From positions 1,178,001 through 1,242,000 of the forward strand of contig NW_027191453.1 in the NCBI RefSeq assembly GCF_011745625.1: 64,000 bases of DNA, written 5' to 3'. Below are positions 46,578 through 58,036 of the stretch, one piece after another. Below the pieces are notes generated by a model, which saw only the letters and a list, made by a program, of their open reading frames with translations, was not told the DNA's origin and searched no databases. The number at the start of each line of letters is the position of its first letter. Position 1 is the stretch's first letter. This DNA comes from Cladosporium halotolerans (taxonomy: Eukaryota). A program made the translations under genes and the position numbers.

Positions 46578-48069
46578 TGTATTGACGGCGGAGCTGGGTT
46601 GCTGCTGTCTGTTCAATTTCCTGGGCCCGCTGGATGTTGCTCGCTGCTCTGGCTCTGGCGCTTTGCGATGCGAGCGGCGGGCTTCCCCTTTCGCCGCAGA
46701 CTTCGCGAGTCAATATGCATGCCTCAGGCACGAAATTCTACACATTCGACTGTCCGGCGAACACTTTATTTCAGTACAAATGATGACCTGGAAAATACTA
46801 GGTAACACTCCTTTTCATAATGCACTGGAGACAAAGGGCGCTTGCTGGTGGTTCAAGAGCAAGAACTTAATCAGTCGTTCATTCTGTTGCAATCAGAGCA
46901 AGACATCTGAACCATTCCTCACACGTTCTCCAATGGAATCCTTCGACCTAACGATGCCACAGTATGGCTGCCTAGCCACGTTTTAAAGCAGCATTGACAG
47001 TGGTTCAAGCGACGGGTGGGTAATCATGTGACGAATGGAGGATCAACTCTTGTCTAATAATAGTTCTGTCTGTCTTCTCTCGATCAGATCATCGTCATTT
47101 GACGACACATTTGCATGGCTCACACGGTCAGACAGACAGTCTTCAAGACTCGCGCGTTCACGTATTCGTGGGGTCAAAAATGACCCAAAGCTATGTCGCG
47201 CACCCATCGAATGTTTGGCTGCGACAGAATATTTCCGCCGACCAGGAAACCAGTCAAGACCACATGGCGCCATTTTCTTGACAATGACCGCAAATTTTCT
47301 GCATGATAGCGTGGCTGATAAACGTATACCCTAGTTTGTGTCTTCCTTTGAGCGATGGAGGAATACGCGGCCCTTAGTCGGTGCGCTTTAGCCACGGCGC
47401 ACTGAAAGCCGCCGAAGTGGTGGAGATTCGTCGCAGTGCTCGCAACCCATCCTCGCCATCCGTTGAGGGAAGGAGTATACGTGCCGGCCTTGACGCAGAT
47501 CAGCTTGCATATCGCGTGATGACCGACGACGTGAGCTTTTGAAGTTCAGGAGATCGAAGGCTGAAGGAACAGCCTAGATGTGGGAGTCTTTCAAGAAGAG
47601 CAAAGATCAGCCACGGATAGGTCGGCGTGCTTGGTTAGGGCTAGCTGGAGCTTGTCTCCCTAAAATGGTGATTGCGTATGCCAACGCGCGCAGGTGGAAG
47701 AAACAATGATGTGCGTGATTGCCGTCCAGGAAGAAGGCCGGATGGCGACCACTGTTACAGTTGTGGTGTCACGAGCAGTCAGTGTTTTTTTCGAAACAAT
47801 CGAGCCATCTCTCGGAACAAAGTAGACGTGCCGTCATGACCTAAGCAGCTCTCTGCGCAAATCCCAGGCAGCCTTGCACGAGACAGGGTCCACCCTCCTG
47901 AGATCGTTTTATGCGCCCGCTTCGTGCCTCCAGCCCCGGCCGCGTCACCTGGGGCTGTGGGCCAGCCTGTCTCAAACATACAACAACCACTTGGACTCCG
48001 ATCCCACACCTCTTCAACACCTCACATCGACACCGCCCAGTCGATACCACCATACGAGACACCTTCACT

Positions 48070-49377
48070 ATGTTCAGCCGTTCGGTCGGCCTCGTCGCCA
48101 CCTGCAGTGCGCTGGGCGCCAGCGCTTTCCTGCTGCCTCCGGGTGCTCCGCTGGGATCCGGTCCTCACCGTGGGCCTGGTGCCATCAACCCTTTCGCCAG
48201 TGCAGACCCCAAGAATTACGTCCTTGAGTTGCCTTGCTCTTCGTGCGCATTCCCGGCAGCAAAGCCCGAGGAAGCTGTTGCGGAGGAGGGTGATGATGTT
48301 GTGACCATCCAGGGTGGCGCTAAGAACCTGGTCCTCAACTTCACGATCTCCGAGGACGGCGAGGTGCTCAACCTGAACAATGTACCCATCTACCCCGTCC
48401 AAGCCGGCTTTGATGCTCTCGGTGCCGAGAAGGCACACTCCTGGATCGTCAACCAGCTGCCAGCATCAAGTTCCATCGAGGAGCTGGAGGCCGATGAGAC
48501 CAAGGGAACCCCGCTTCGCATCAGTGGTGCAGGCACCAAGATGTCGCGAGAGAAGAAGATCTCCGCCAGTGGAGATGAGGAGATCATTCCCCTGGAGTTC
48601 CAGATCCTCAGCTTGAACGACCAGCCCATGACTATCGACGAGGTCGCGATCCAGCTTCTCAAGATCGAGGGTGGCGAACTCCTCATCCTCTCGATCGAGC
48701 CGGCACACAAGAACATGCTGGACCACCTGCCGATGACCTTCGGCCCACCGCCGCCACCGCCCCACCACCACGGGCACCCTGAAGGCCCTGAAGGCCATCC
48801 GCCCAAGTCATGCAACTCTCTCCCCGCACCGCTCTGCCGCTTCCTCCACGCCGTCGACGAGAAGTTTGAGGCCGCGAAGAACAGCAGGCTCGGAAAATTC
48901 ACTGGCTGCGGCGGCCGCAAGCCTGGCCACATCATGCCGGGTCACATCAGGCCTCACTTTGGGCCTCCGGATGCTGAGGGTAACCGCGAGCTCGAGAGTG
49001 GCATGCCGCATATGCGTCCTCACGGTCCTCACGGCCACAAGGGTCCTCATGGTCCCCACGGTCCCCACGGCCCTCACCACAGACACGCCCTCGCGCACGC
49101 CTTCTTCAAGGGCGTCGTCGCCGTTCTCATCCCAGTGATGGCAGGCATCTTCGTCGGCTTGACTGTCAGCATGGTTGGTCTGCTCGTTGGCAAGCTCATC
49201 AGCTTTGTCTGGGTCAAGTTCGTGCGCGGTGGCAAGCGTGGATATGCCTCCGTCGCTTTGGACGAGGAGGAGGCGGACAAGAACGCCGTTGAGCAGGAGC
49301 AGCATGAATACGCCGAGGCGCCGCCTGTCTATGAGGACGCCCCGCCGTACGAGGCCAATGAGAAGGAGCAGGCGTAG
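48070..49377 (+). CDS. Type I membrane protein: signal peptide, His-rich juxtamembrane tract, PPxY tail
   Basis: Signal-like MFSRSVGLVATCSALGASA|FLLPP, (HGP)n tract, long hydrophobic segment VVAVLIPVMAGIFVGLTVSMVGLLVG, and cytosolic APPVYEDAPPY. Confidence 0.82.
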   Translation: MFSRSVGLVATCSALGASAFLLPPGAPLGSGPHRGPGAINPFASADPKNYVLELPCSSCAFPAAKPEEAVAEEGDDVVTIQGGAKNLVLNFTISEDGEVLNLNNVPIYPVQAGFDALGAEKAHSWIVNQLPASSSIEELEADETKGTPLRISGAGTKMSREKKISASGDEEIIPLEFQILSLNDQPMTIDEVAIQLLKIEGGELLILSIEPAHKNMLDHLPMTFGPPPPPPHHHGHPEGPEGHPPKSCNSLPAPLCRFLHAVDEKFEAAKNSRLGKFTGCGGRKPGHIMPGHIRPHFGPPDAEGNRELESGMPHMRPHGPHGHKGPHGPHGPHGPHHRHALAHAFFKGVVAVLIPVMAGIFVGLTVSMVGLLVGKLISFVWVKFVRGGKRGYASVALDEEEADKNAVEQEQHEYAEAPPVYEDAPPYEANEKEQA

Positions 49378-49828
49378 ATCTGTCGCGCACAGCGACGACA
49401 TTCAATTCGCATTTCGGAGCCCCTCGAGGCATTTTCTAAAGGACAGGGACAGCTAGGCCAAGCTGGGAATGGAACGGCGTTATTCTTTTGATACGATGGT
49501 TTCCTTTGCGTACAGGATAGGCGATGTAGTATAGCTACCCCGAATTCGAATTCCATATGTTACACCAACGGAACACTCATCTGTTCACTGAAAGCATTCC
49601 CAAAGTAATAAACGCTGACCGTGCAGTCGTGAAGAAACCCCTACGCGCCCCTCGAAGCTCCAAAGCTCCAGTCGTGGCTTGGCACGCGCGCGCGACTTCC
49701 AACGTCAATCAATCAACACCAAAGCCCAGCAACGCTCCCCCCGGAACAACCTCACCCTGCCGCCGCGCACCCTGCGCCCTCTCCTCCCTCCCCCTCCTCT
49801 ACGAAACCAAACCCTCCACACAACAATC

Positions 49829-51186
49829 ATGGCCGACCTCCACAACACCCCCATAGTAATCGACAACGGCAGCGGAACGATCCGCGCAGGCTACGCCGGC
49901 GAGGACCTGCCCAAGTGCTTCTTCCCGTCTTTCGTCGGCCGGCCCAAGCACCCGCGCGTGCTGGCCGGCGGCCTTGAGGGCGACACCTTCATCGGCAACA
50001 GGGCGCAGGAGTTGAGGGGACTGTTGAAGATCAAGTATCCGCTGGAGCATGGCGTTGTGACGGACTGGGATGATATGGAGCGGATTTGGCAGCATGTTTA
50101 TACGGATGAATTGAAGACGTTGAGTGAGGAGGTAAGAGATACGATTTCTATTGCGGAGCTTGTTCCTACGAGGAGCGACAGTTGGGGAAGAGCTTGGATT
50201 GCTATGGGCGTTTCTGAACGCTTCAGGGGAAATGTTCACGGTTCTTTGGGCTGACTGGGAATGATTGTTATAGCACCCCGTCCTGCTCACCGAGGCACCA
50301 TTGAACCCGCGGGCAAACCGCGACACCGCCGCACAGATCCTCTTCGAGACATTCAACGTACCCGCGCTCTACACATCGATCCAGGCCGTGCTCTCGCTCT
50401 ACGCCTCTGGCCGAACAACGGGAATTGTCCTCGACGCCGGAGATGGTGTCTCCCACGCTGTACCTGTCTACGAGGGCTTCGCAATTCCCAACAGCATCCG
50501 CCGAATCGACATAGCCGGCCGCGACGTCACGGAGCACCTGCAAACGCTGCTGCGCAAGGAGGGGCGGGTGTTTCACACGAGCGCCGAAAAGGAGGTCGTC
50601 AAGCAGATCAAGGAGAAGACATCGTACATCGCTCTCGACCCGAAGAAAGAGGAGAAGGACTGGATGGTCGCTGTTGGACGCAACGGAAACACCAGGGTGA
50701 CGGAGTACGCGCTGCCTGACGGTCAGAAGCTCAAGGTCGGCCCTGAGCGCTTCAGAGCGCCTGAGATCTTGTTCGACCCGGAAATCATCGGCTCGGAGTG
50801 GCCTGGTCTTCACCAGATTGTCGTCGACGCTATCAACCGGTCAGACATGGACCTCCGCAAGGCTCTCTTCGGCAACATTGTTCTCTCTGGTGGCTCGACA
50901 ATGATCAAGGGCTTTGGTGACAGGCTGCTTCACGAGGTGCAGCGGCTGGCGGTCAAGGACATGCGCATCAAGATCTTCGCGCCGCCCGAGAGGCTGTACA
51001 GCACCTGGATCGGCGGCAGCATTCTGGCAGGGCTGAGCACCTTCCGGAAGATGTACGTGACGGTTGATGACTGGCATGAGAGTGAGTTGAGATCTTTGAA
51101 ATTGAACCCAGTGACGCGGTAGTGACAGGTCTCGCTAACATTGATCGCCCGCAGATCCAGACATCATCCACCAGAAGTTCGCTTGA
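49829..51186 (+). CDS. ARP1: Actin-related protein 1 (centractin, dynactin filament)
   Basis: [61 protein letters not shown] and PDIIHQKF. Exons are 49829-50131, 50274-51081 and 51155-51186. Confidence 0.95.
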
Positions 51187-53046
51187 GCGCGCTTCGACGG
51201 ACAATCGGTGGCTTGATGGAAGAAGTCACACGCCTTTTGATGACGACTGAACGACGTACTCTCCTATGACAATCCTCTCCAGTAATGGTCACCCGCCGCA
51301 ATGGGAGGGAACCTCGGGAGCCCTACGCTGACTATACATCACGACCTTCCAATCGGCCGGCTCCGCACTTGGCACGGCCCTCATCGCCCGCTCCAGACGC
51401 CTGCCACGAGGCACTCGGCAACAATGCCGGAGTGGTACATGTTAACTTTCTGAGACGCCCAGAAGAGGAGGGACAAGTGTCGCGCCGTGTCTGGTTGCGA
51501 GCCCGAATAGGCGAACGAAACCTGGGGCGGCCAGCACTTCTTGGCCGCCGCGGGATGCAGGAGAAGATGGGGAATTGCGGGGAAGGTTTCTGAGGGTTCA
51601 TGTAACGTGACGGAAGGGGCTAGGCGGCGAGTCCGAGGACCTTGCTCTCACGCGAGAGGAGGGTGGCACCCAGGTACCTTGCAGATCAAGACTTGACACG
51701 GCAGCCGCAGCGTTTGGCGGAGAGCTTTCTTGGTCCTGGATTGCGGGACGCCTGTCCTCGGCGTGGCTGGAGAGTACTGTACGTAGCTCAGCTAAGCACG
51801 CCAGCACCGTGTGCAGCAGCCTGAACGTGGATCCAATAGTCACGGTAGACCGTCGCAAGCGCCTTGTTATGATCTGCCATTTAGGTCCTATGCTCCTCGC
51901 CAGGAGCAGCGGCCGACGGTCATGCGGTGACGCCCCGACGTGTCAAGTCGCAAATTAACGCGAGACTGGCGTGCGATGGCACAAACACCAGCAGCAGCAC
52001 CACCCCTCCGCACGCACGTCTGTCCGTCCGTCCCGGCCAGACACCGCCAATGATCCCCGCCAGCGCCAGTCCGTGCCAGCAGCGCGCGCTCTCCTCATCC
52101 GCGCATCGCGGAGCCGCGCCAGCGATCGCAGCGCGGAGCGGAGTCGATTACCCCCAGGAAATTGACGATGCGACGCGCCCGGCCCCATGCGCGCGGAGGC
52201 GGCACGGCTGGCGCGTTACCACGCAGACGACTTTGGCCCAAGTGAGGTTTCCATTACCCCCAGGAAACGGCCGTCCCCGCAGCCGCTGGGCTCGGCAAGC
52301 GGCGGGCGTGCGCCCCGTGACCTGCGGCGGCGACGGCACGTGTTTTGGCTTTGTGCGGTGTGCCGGGCGGGCGTGAGGTCAGCGGTCATGGGGTGTGCGG
52401 GTGATAGTCCTTCCAGCCTGGTGTTATTGCAGAGCGTTTAGAGTGTTGGCACGGCGTGGCGAGAGTTGGTCACGGGGTCGGATGGCCGGTGAGCAGGTGA
52501 GGTGGGCACGGCGAATGGCAGGCGGCTCTGCCTCGCACGCGCGAACGAGGCAGAACAGCGTGCGCGCATGCGAGGATCAGCAGCTCTGGAGGCAGATCGT
52601 GATGGCAGGGCTGGGTGTGGAGGCGGCGCGCAGAAAAATGCGCGGCCAGCGGCGGGCTGCGCGCTTGGGCGGCACACGTCGTCATGACCGAGACCCGCGA
52701 GACTTTGCCCCTCGCCGCTTGGCTGCCCAGTGCCGCCGTCTGGCCTCTCCACACGTAAGAGAGAAAAAGTTTTACGTTACCGTGCACGCGCTGCGACCGT
52801 TGCAGAACTCTCGCTATGCCGCTAACTGCAAAGTCGCTGCCGTTAACTGCAAGTACATCCAAACCCCGTCGCTGGACGTCCGCGGCCAAGCGTGCGCGTG
52901 ATGTCTGCGGCCGCCAGCTGTGGATTGCCAGGCGTTGCCCCGGCCCTTGCGCCATCGTCTGGCTCGTCGTCGGTGTGTCAGCGTGTGTAGGTGTCATTTG
53001 CACCGAAATCTCGTTTTGCATCCCTTTGCCGCTCGTCGTCTGAGCT

Positions 53047-53052
53047 TATAAG
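53047..53052 (+). promoter_or_regulatory. Probable TATA box (TATAAG) for the 53271 gene
   Basis: cTTATAAGa lies about 220 nt upstream of the ATG, followed by a CT-rich then CA-rich leader. Confidence 0.4.
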
Positions 53053-53270
53053 ACTGCCGGCCGCTCGTAGGTTCGTGAGGCTCTTTCCCTTTCGCATCGT
53101 CAAGCTTCACTCTGTCTATCACTCAAAGTCTGTGAACGACACTTAATCCTCGCACCTGCCAATCTCTCCAACTCAGGTCGTCGATCACATCAACACACCT
53201 TTCGACACTACTCGGTCTTCACACACTTTACCACCAACCCACCAACACAATCACACACACATCCACAACA

Positions 53271-53759
53271 ATGTCTCGCAACTACTCCGTCACCGAGCCT
53301 CACCCCACCGTCCCCAAGTCCGGCACCTTCGTGCTCGGCGGCGGCATCGGCGGTGCGGGCAACTACAAGCGCTACAACGCCTCTGAGCTCACCTCCGGCC
53401 CCAGCGCCTCCGGCCCTCCCTCGCGCATCACCCTCAACCGCGCGCCCTCTTCCAACCGCTCCTTCCGCGTCGGCCGTGGCGGCGCTGGCAACTTCCACAC
53501 CAAGACCCCCGAGGCTGAGGAGCCCATGTTCCAATTCGACGAGGAGATGCACGCCCGCTGCGAGAACAAGGCCCCCGTCTACCACATCGGCCGCGGCGGC
53601 GCCGCCAACTTCGTCAACGAGGCCAAGAACGTCCAGCAGCCTCGCGCCGTCGCCTCGGATGCCTCGTCCGTTTCCAGCGGCAGCAGTGCCGGTAGCGCCA
53701 GGCGCAGCATCGAGGGCGCCCTCGGCAAGTTCACTCGCAAGCTCTCCGCGCGCTCGTAG
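53271..53759 (+). CDS. Small Gly-rich protein with GRGGAGN repeats (DUF3602/Par32-like motif)
   Basis: GGIGGAGN, VGRGGAGNF and HIGRGGAANF motifs; strong C-ending codon bias; acaATG context. Confidence 0.82.
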   Translation: MSRNYSVTEPHPTVPKSGTFVLGGGIGGAGNYKRYNASELTSGPSASGPPSRITLNRAPSSNRSFRVGRGGAGNFHTKTPEAEEPMFQFDEEMHARCENKAPVYHIGRGGAANFVNEAKNVQQPRAVASDASSVSSGSSAGSARRSIEGALGKFTRKLSARS

Positions 53760-54982
53760 AGACTGAATCGTTGCTCTTTGCGCTTCAGCGATTGCATCGA
53801 CATCCCCATTACGAACCTGGGACAATTCCACTCTTGACTTCATCATCTTGTTTCAACAAATCAGCGACGGCGCAAATCTCGGAGAGGCTGCTTTCGCACC
53901 CGACAAAAAAGTTCTTGGGTTTTGCTTTTTGATTTAATCATCTCTGGGGCAATCGCCAGGCCATCACGACACCTGGTCTTCCAACCTTTCTTCAACAACA
54001 CACACCCAGCGAGGCGTTCGACGGATCGGATCAAACCAACCAATCAACAAAAGTTTTTGAAAGACCCTTCCGCCTCGCAGCGAGGGCTGCCTGGACGGCA
54101 TTCTACCTGTTCTTGTTTCATTTTATTATCCACGATCACATTCTGATCGTGGACGGATTGATCACGGAGGAGGGATGCGGTGGTAATTACTCTGGCCATG
54201 GTTATGGCTGTAGCTTAGTTTCTTGGCCTTGCTTGGATAATGGCTACGGCTAGCTGTATCGATTTTCTCGATGGCGAGAACAATTTTGATCATCCAAACA
54301 TACGCTCTTGTTCCTTTTCCCTCACTCATCTCATCACACAAGATGTCTCTCCATCAAGGTCGCATCGTCGGTCAGAGTATGCGATGTGCGGCTGATGTGG
54401 CGACGCAGTCAGCTTCTCGGCTGGGGATGCTCGATGCGGCCAAGTCGGCTGACTCACGTGATGAGTTCGATTTCGGCACCTTCTTCTCGACCCTTCCACG
54501 TGTCTTGCTGGTAAGTTTTGGATGAACAAGCATTCACGGTACCCTTGCTTCGAAGGCTAGGACCCACAGCAGATGAAACGGTGTGATGCGCTGATTCCTG
54601 CGAGGCACTTGTAGAGCAGAGTATTCTGCTACTTCGATACCCGCCATCAGATGCACCGAGCTGTGTCGTTGTGACACTCGCCACCATTCATCTCGCCCGA
54701 GGATTCTCTGATAACGACCATCCATCTCATGCGGTCCTCTGGGGATTTCGCCGTGATGGCCTGACGCGAAACTTCAAGCGCGTCCCCAGGTTGCGTACTC
54801 TCCTACGGGATGGACTCTGGCACCTAGTGCGGTGTTTCATGCGGTGCAGGGTATCTCAGCAAAGACATCAGGCACTTCGATCTCGTCTGATCAACAACCG
54901 AGTGTCCTTGGTAGCGCTCATGGTCATGCTGGTTGGCCTGCTTGGCTTGTCGTTCCAGAGCCCCTTTGCAACTTCGGGGTCG

Positions 54983-55968
54983 TTATCCTTTCCCTCTCTG
55001 GCCACCTGAAAAATTCCTCATCGACGAGGCAGTCGACGACACCGATGCGGTATCCTTCTCGAACGACGCCTTGACTTGGTCGGTAAGCCTCCACTCTTTC
55101 ATGAGGTAGAGCACATATCGGAGACGCAAGAGGTCGAGCGAGTCTTCTTCCAGGATACCCAGATCTTCGCACTTGTACTTCGCGAACGGGATGTTGTACG
55201 TGTGGTCCAGCCGCACGTAGCGGTCTTTGGGAACCTTATCGCCCGGTCCGGTCTCTTCCAGAAAGATCTGGTCGGTGCTGCCAGGACGTCTGGCATGATC
55301 AGGCCCGAGGAGAACGATCATGTTGCGTGACGATCCACTCGCCACTGTCGTGCGCGTGTCTATGCGCACACCGTTGCCTTCTTTGTTCTTCGAGTCCAGG
55401 AGAATGAATTCTTTCACGTGAATCTCATGGTCAGTGTCTTTACCCGTCTCCGCCCAGATCTTCAGGTAGCGCCCTGGGGTAAACCAGTCCTGCTCCTGGT
55501 CAACAAACTCTTTTGGAGCTGAGGAAGTTGCACCAGACTGCGATGATATCGTCGACGACTCGTTTTCGTTATCCGCGCCAGAATCACCTGAGCCATTCAT
55601 CAAGCGAGCTTTGGAGCCCGGCCTCCATTCTTGTCCGTTCGCTGGGACACGTCAGCTCGAATACTTATGGTGCATGAGTTACTTCGAGCTCGAGGAGGAG
55701 GCGGCATACAGCTATCGGCGTCCTTCTGATGCTTCTGCTTCCACGCTCGCAAAGGCCTAAAGCAGAACGACTTACACATGCTGTTCCCGAACGAGCCTGG
55801 CGCTTCGTTCAGGTTAATCTGTAGGTTGTCTCGAAATGTAATATTGGTTTGGTAAAAATTCAAGGCTGCGTCTCCAGGGCTGCTCTCTTGTTGCCACGTC
55901 CGCATGAGTTGTCGTGCGTCACCACTATCACCTTTCCCCGAATGCGCTCCAGGAATCACACGCGGCAT
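54983..55968 (-). CDS. DUF6590-like domain protein with N/Q-rich N-terminal segment
   Basis: Two ORF-track fragments join in frame across intron 55775-55642 (GTAAGT...GCTGAC...CCCAG). The C-terminal region WFTPGRYLKIW..KEFILLD..YVRLDHTYNI...LGILEEDSLDLL resembles DUF6590 as I recall it. Confidence 0.6.
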
Positions 55969-56644
55969 GAGTCGACAGCATCCTGCAATGTCTCCTGGGA
56001 TGTTTCGAAGCTTACACGGGTCACTGCTTGACGCAGAGAAGACATTACAAGGCTGGCAACGTGGCGAGCTGGCGAGCTGGTCATCTGACCCAGCTGCGCG
56101 CGGCTGTGAGATAACAATGCATGCTCAAGGCGACACGCCTCGCTTGCGCTTCAGCCCTCCAATCAAATCAGCAATTAGTCCACCACCTACATGCAACAGC
56201 GGCCCAGCTGTAACGCCTTTTTGTGGGCGTGAGTGCTTTATTTCCTGGCCACTGCGGATTGATCGCCCGAAGGCACTGCCGCTGGAGTCAAGGATCAGCG
56301 GGCTCCAGGTCCCGAAGTACAACACACGACACTGCGAGCCTGCGCCTCCCTCTTTGTTATAGACGGTCTACCACTTATTATCGCTTGAGATTGTAGGTCG
56401 GCAAGCTCTATCGATCACAGCATGCGCGTGTGTAACCAAACACGCCGGCATCCACTAGCGCTCGTCGTAAGAGATCGAGCTGAAGACATGAGCTTCCTGC
56501 TCCGGTGCCTCTCTTCACGATCACCGTGACTTGCCCAACTTGGTGTCAGCACACCCATGTAGGCCCGCAGGTTTTCCACCTATTCTTTCCCCGACCCTCT
56601 GGCAGCTCGGTCACACCTCTTCCCGCGTTGCATCACGAGATCAG

Positions 56645-57598
56645 CTGTCTGGAGCTGAAGTCGCCGGCCTGGCGATAGGCGTTGCCGCCCTCGCATCCGC
56701 CTTCACCACTTGCGTCGACTTTCTCGAATACTTCGAGCTGGGCAGGAATTACTTCTACGACTACGACATCGCTTGCACGAAAATCAACCTTCTCCACAAG
56801 CGGCTCAGCATCTGGGGCTGCGACACGCGCATACACCACCTCCACGACGAGCACCCTTCCCTCCGCGATCCGACAAAGCGCGACGTTATCGCCGCCAGTC
56901 TGCTCCGACTCAGCGCCATCCTCTCCAACACTGAGCTACTGCGCCAGAAATACGACCTCCGCCCAGTAACTCACGCGAAGCTCGAATTCCCCCGGCCCTC
57001 CAACCCGCACCGCAAAGGCCACCGCCACTGGCCACTGCACCTCCGCAAGCGCACCACCTGGTCCATCCGCGACAAGGCCAAGTTCGACTCCTTCATCGCC
57101 GACGTCAGCTTCCTCTTGGACAACATGGAGAGGATCACCGGCCACGACTCCGCGCAGGCCAAGGCCATGGAGCTCCTCAAGGAGACCTTCGAAACCCTAG
57201 ACCCCAGCATCAAGGCCCTCCTGCAGAGCGCCGGCGGCAAGGCGCTCCGCGAGCAGGCCCTGGCCGTCCGACCACCGGCCTGGAAGGGCCAGGACGCCGC
57301 GAGGGACGGCGCCGCGACTGACGGGGAGGCCGGCGACTCTTCTAATGAAACGCCAGCCAGCGACGGGCCCGCCAACGAGCTCAGTGGCTTCGTGCAGAAG
57401 AACGACTCGGCCGTCTGGGCCTTCCAGGGCCGCATGGACCCGGCGGGCAAAGTTGTGCTACGCGATCTGACGCAGGTCAACAGTGGGAACACGATTGCGG
57501 GCTTCCAAGGCGCGGGGCCCTCGGATGCTGTGCTGAGGATGCAGCAGGCGGCTTATGAGCATGAGCAGAAGAAGTTTGAGATGATGAATCGGAAGTAG
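56645..57598 (+). CDS. HET-S-like HeLo-domain protein with C-terminal two-repeat, amyloid-like motif; apparent CTG start
   Basis: SGAEVAGLAIGVAALASAFTTCVDFLEYFELGRNY..DY......LLHKRLSIWG and RKRTTWSIRDKAKFDSFIADVSFLLDNMERI align by eye with the HET-S HeLo domain. There is no in-frame ATG before 57125. Confidence 0.8.
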   Translation: MSGAEVAGLAIGVAALASAFTTCVDFLEYFELGRNYFYDYDIACTKINLLHKRLSIWGCDTRIHHLHDEHPSLRDPTKRDVIAASLLRLSAILSNTELLRQKYDLRPVTHAKLEFPRPSNPHRKGHRHWPLHLRKRTTWSIRDKAKFDSFIADVSFLLDNMERITGHDSAQAKAMELLKETFETLDPSIKALLQSAGGKALREQALAVRPPAWKGQDAARDGAATDGEAGDSSNETPASDGPANELSGFVQKNDSAVWAFQGRMDPAGKVVLRDLTQVNSGNTIAGFQGAGPSDAVLRMQQAAYEHEQKKFEMMNRK

Positions 57599-58036
57599 GA
57601 AGGTGGGTGTCTTGGGGGTTGAGGTGGAGAGCGGACAGTACGGCCATTGGAGTTGTGCAGAGCTTGATCTCTCATGCTTGCTTCTGGTGCTGCTTGGTAT
57701 CGGGTCGCGGGTTCTTTCAGACTTTACGAAGGTGACGATTCCACACTACTATTTTGTATTTTTCACGGACTGATTAGCCGTTGCGAAATGGAATGAGTGA
57801 CCCGTTGATGATCGAGAGCTCCGTCGAAACTCTCCAGACCCTCCTGGGACAATTCATGGTCGCGCGAGCGGAGTGCCCGCCGATTCGACGCCAACGACTA
57901 TTGATGAGTATAATCCGGACCGTAATTCAGACAGAGTTGAGGAATCCAACTCAGGCTTTAGATCATCTTTCTGTCGCGTCTTCGTTGGAACCCGAAGCCG
58001 GCGCATAGCTAGATGAGTAGACAAAGGATCAGACGG

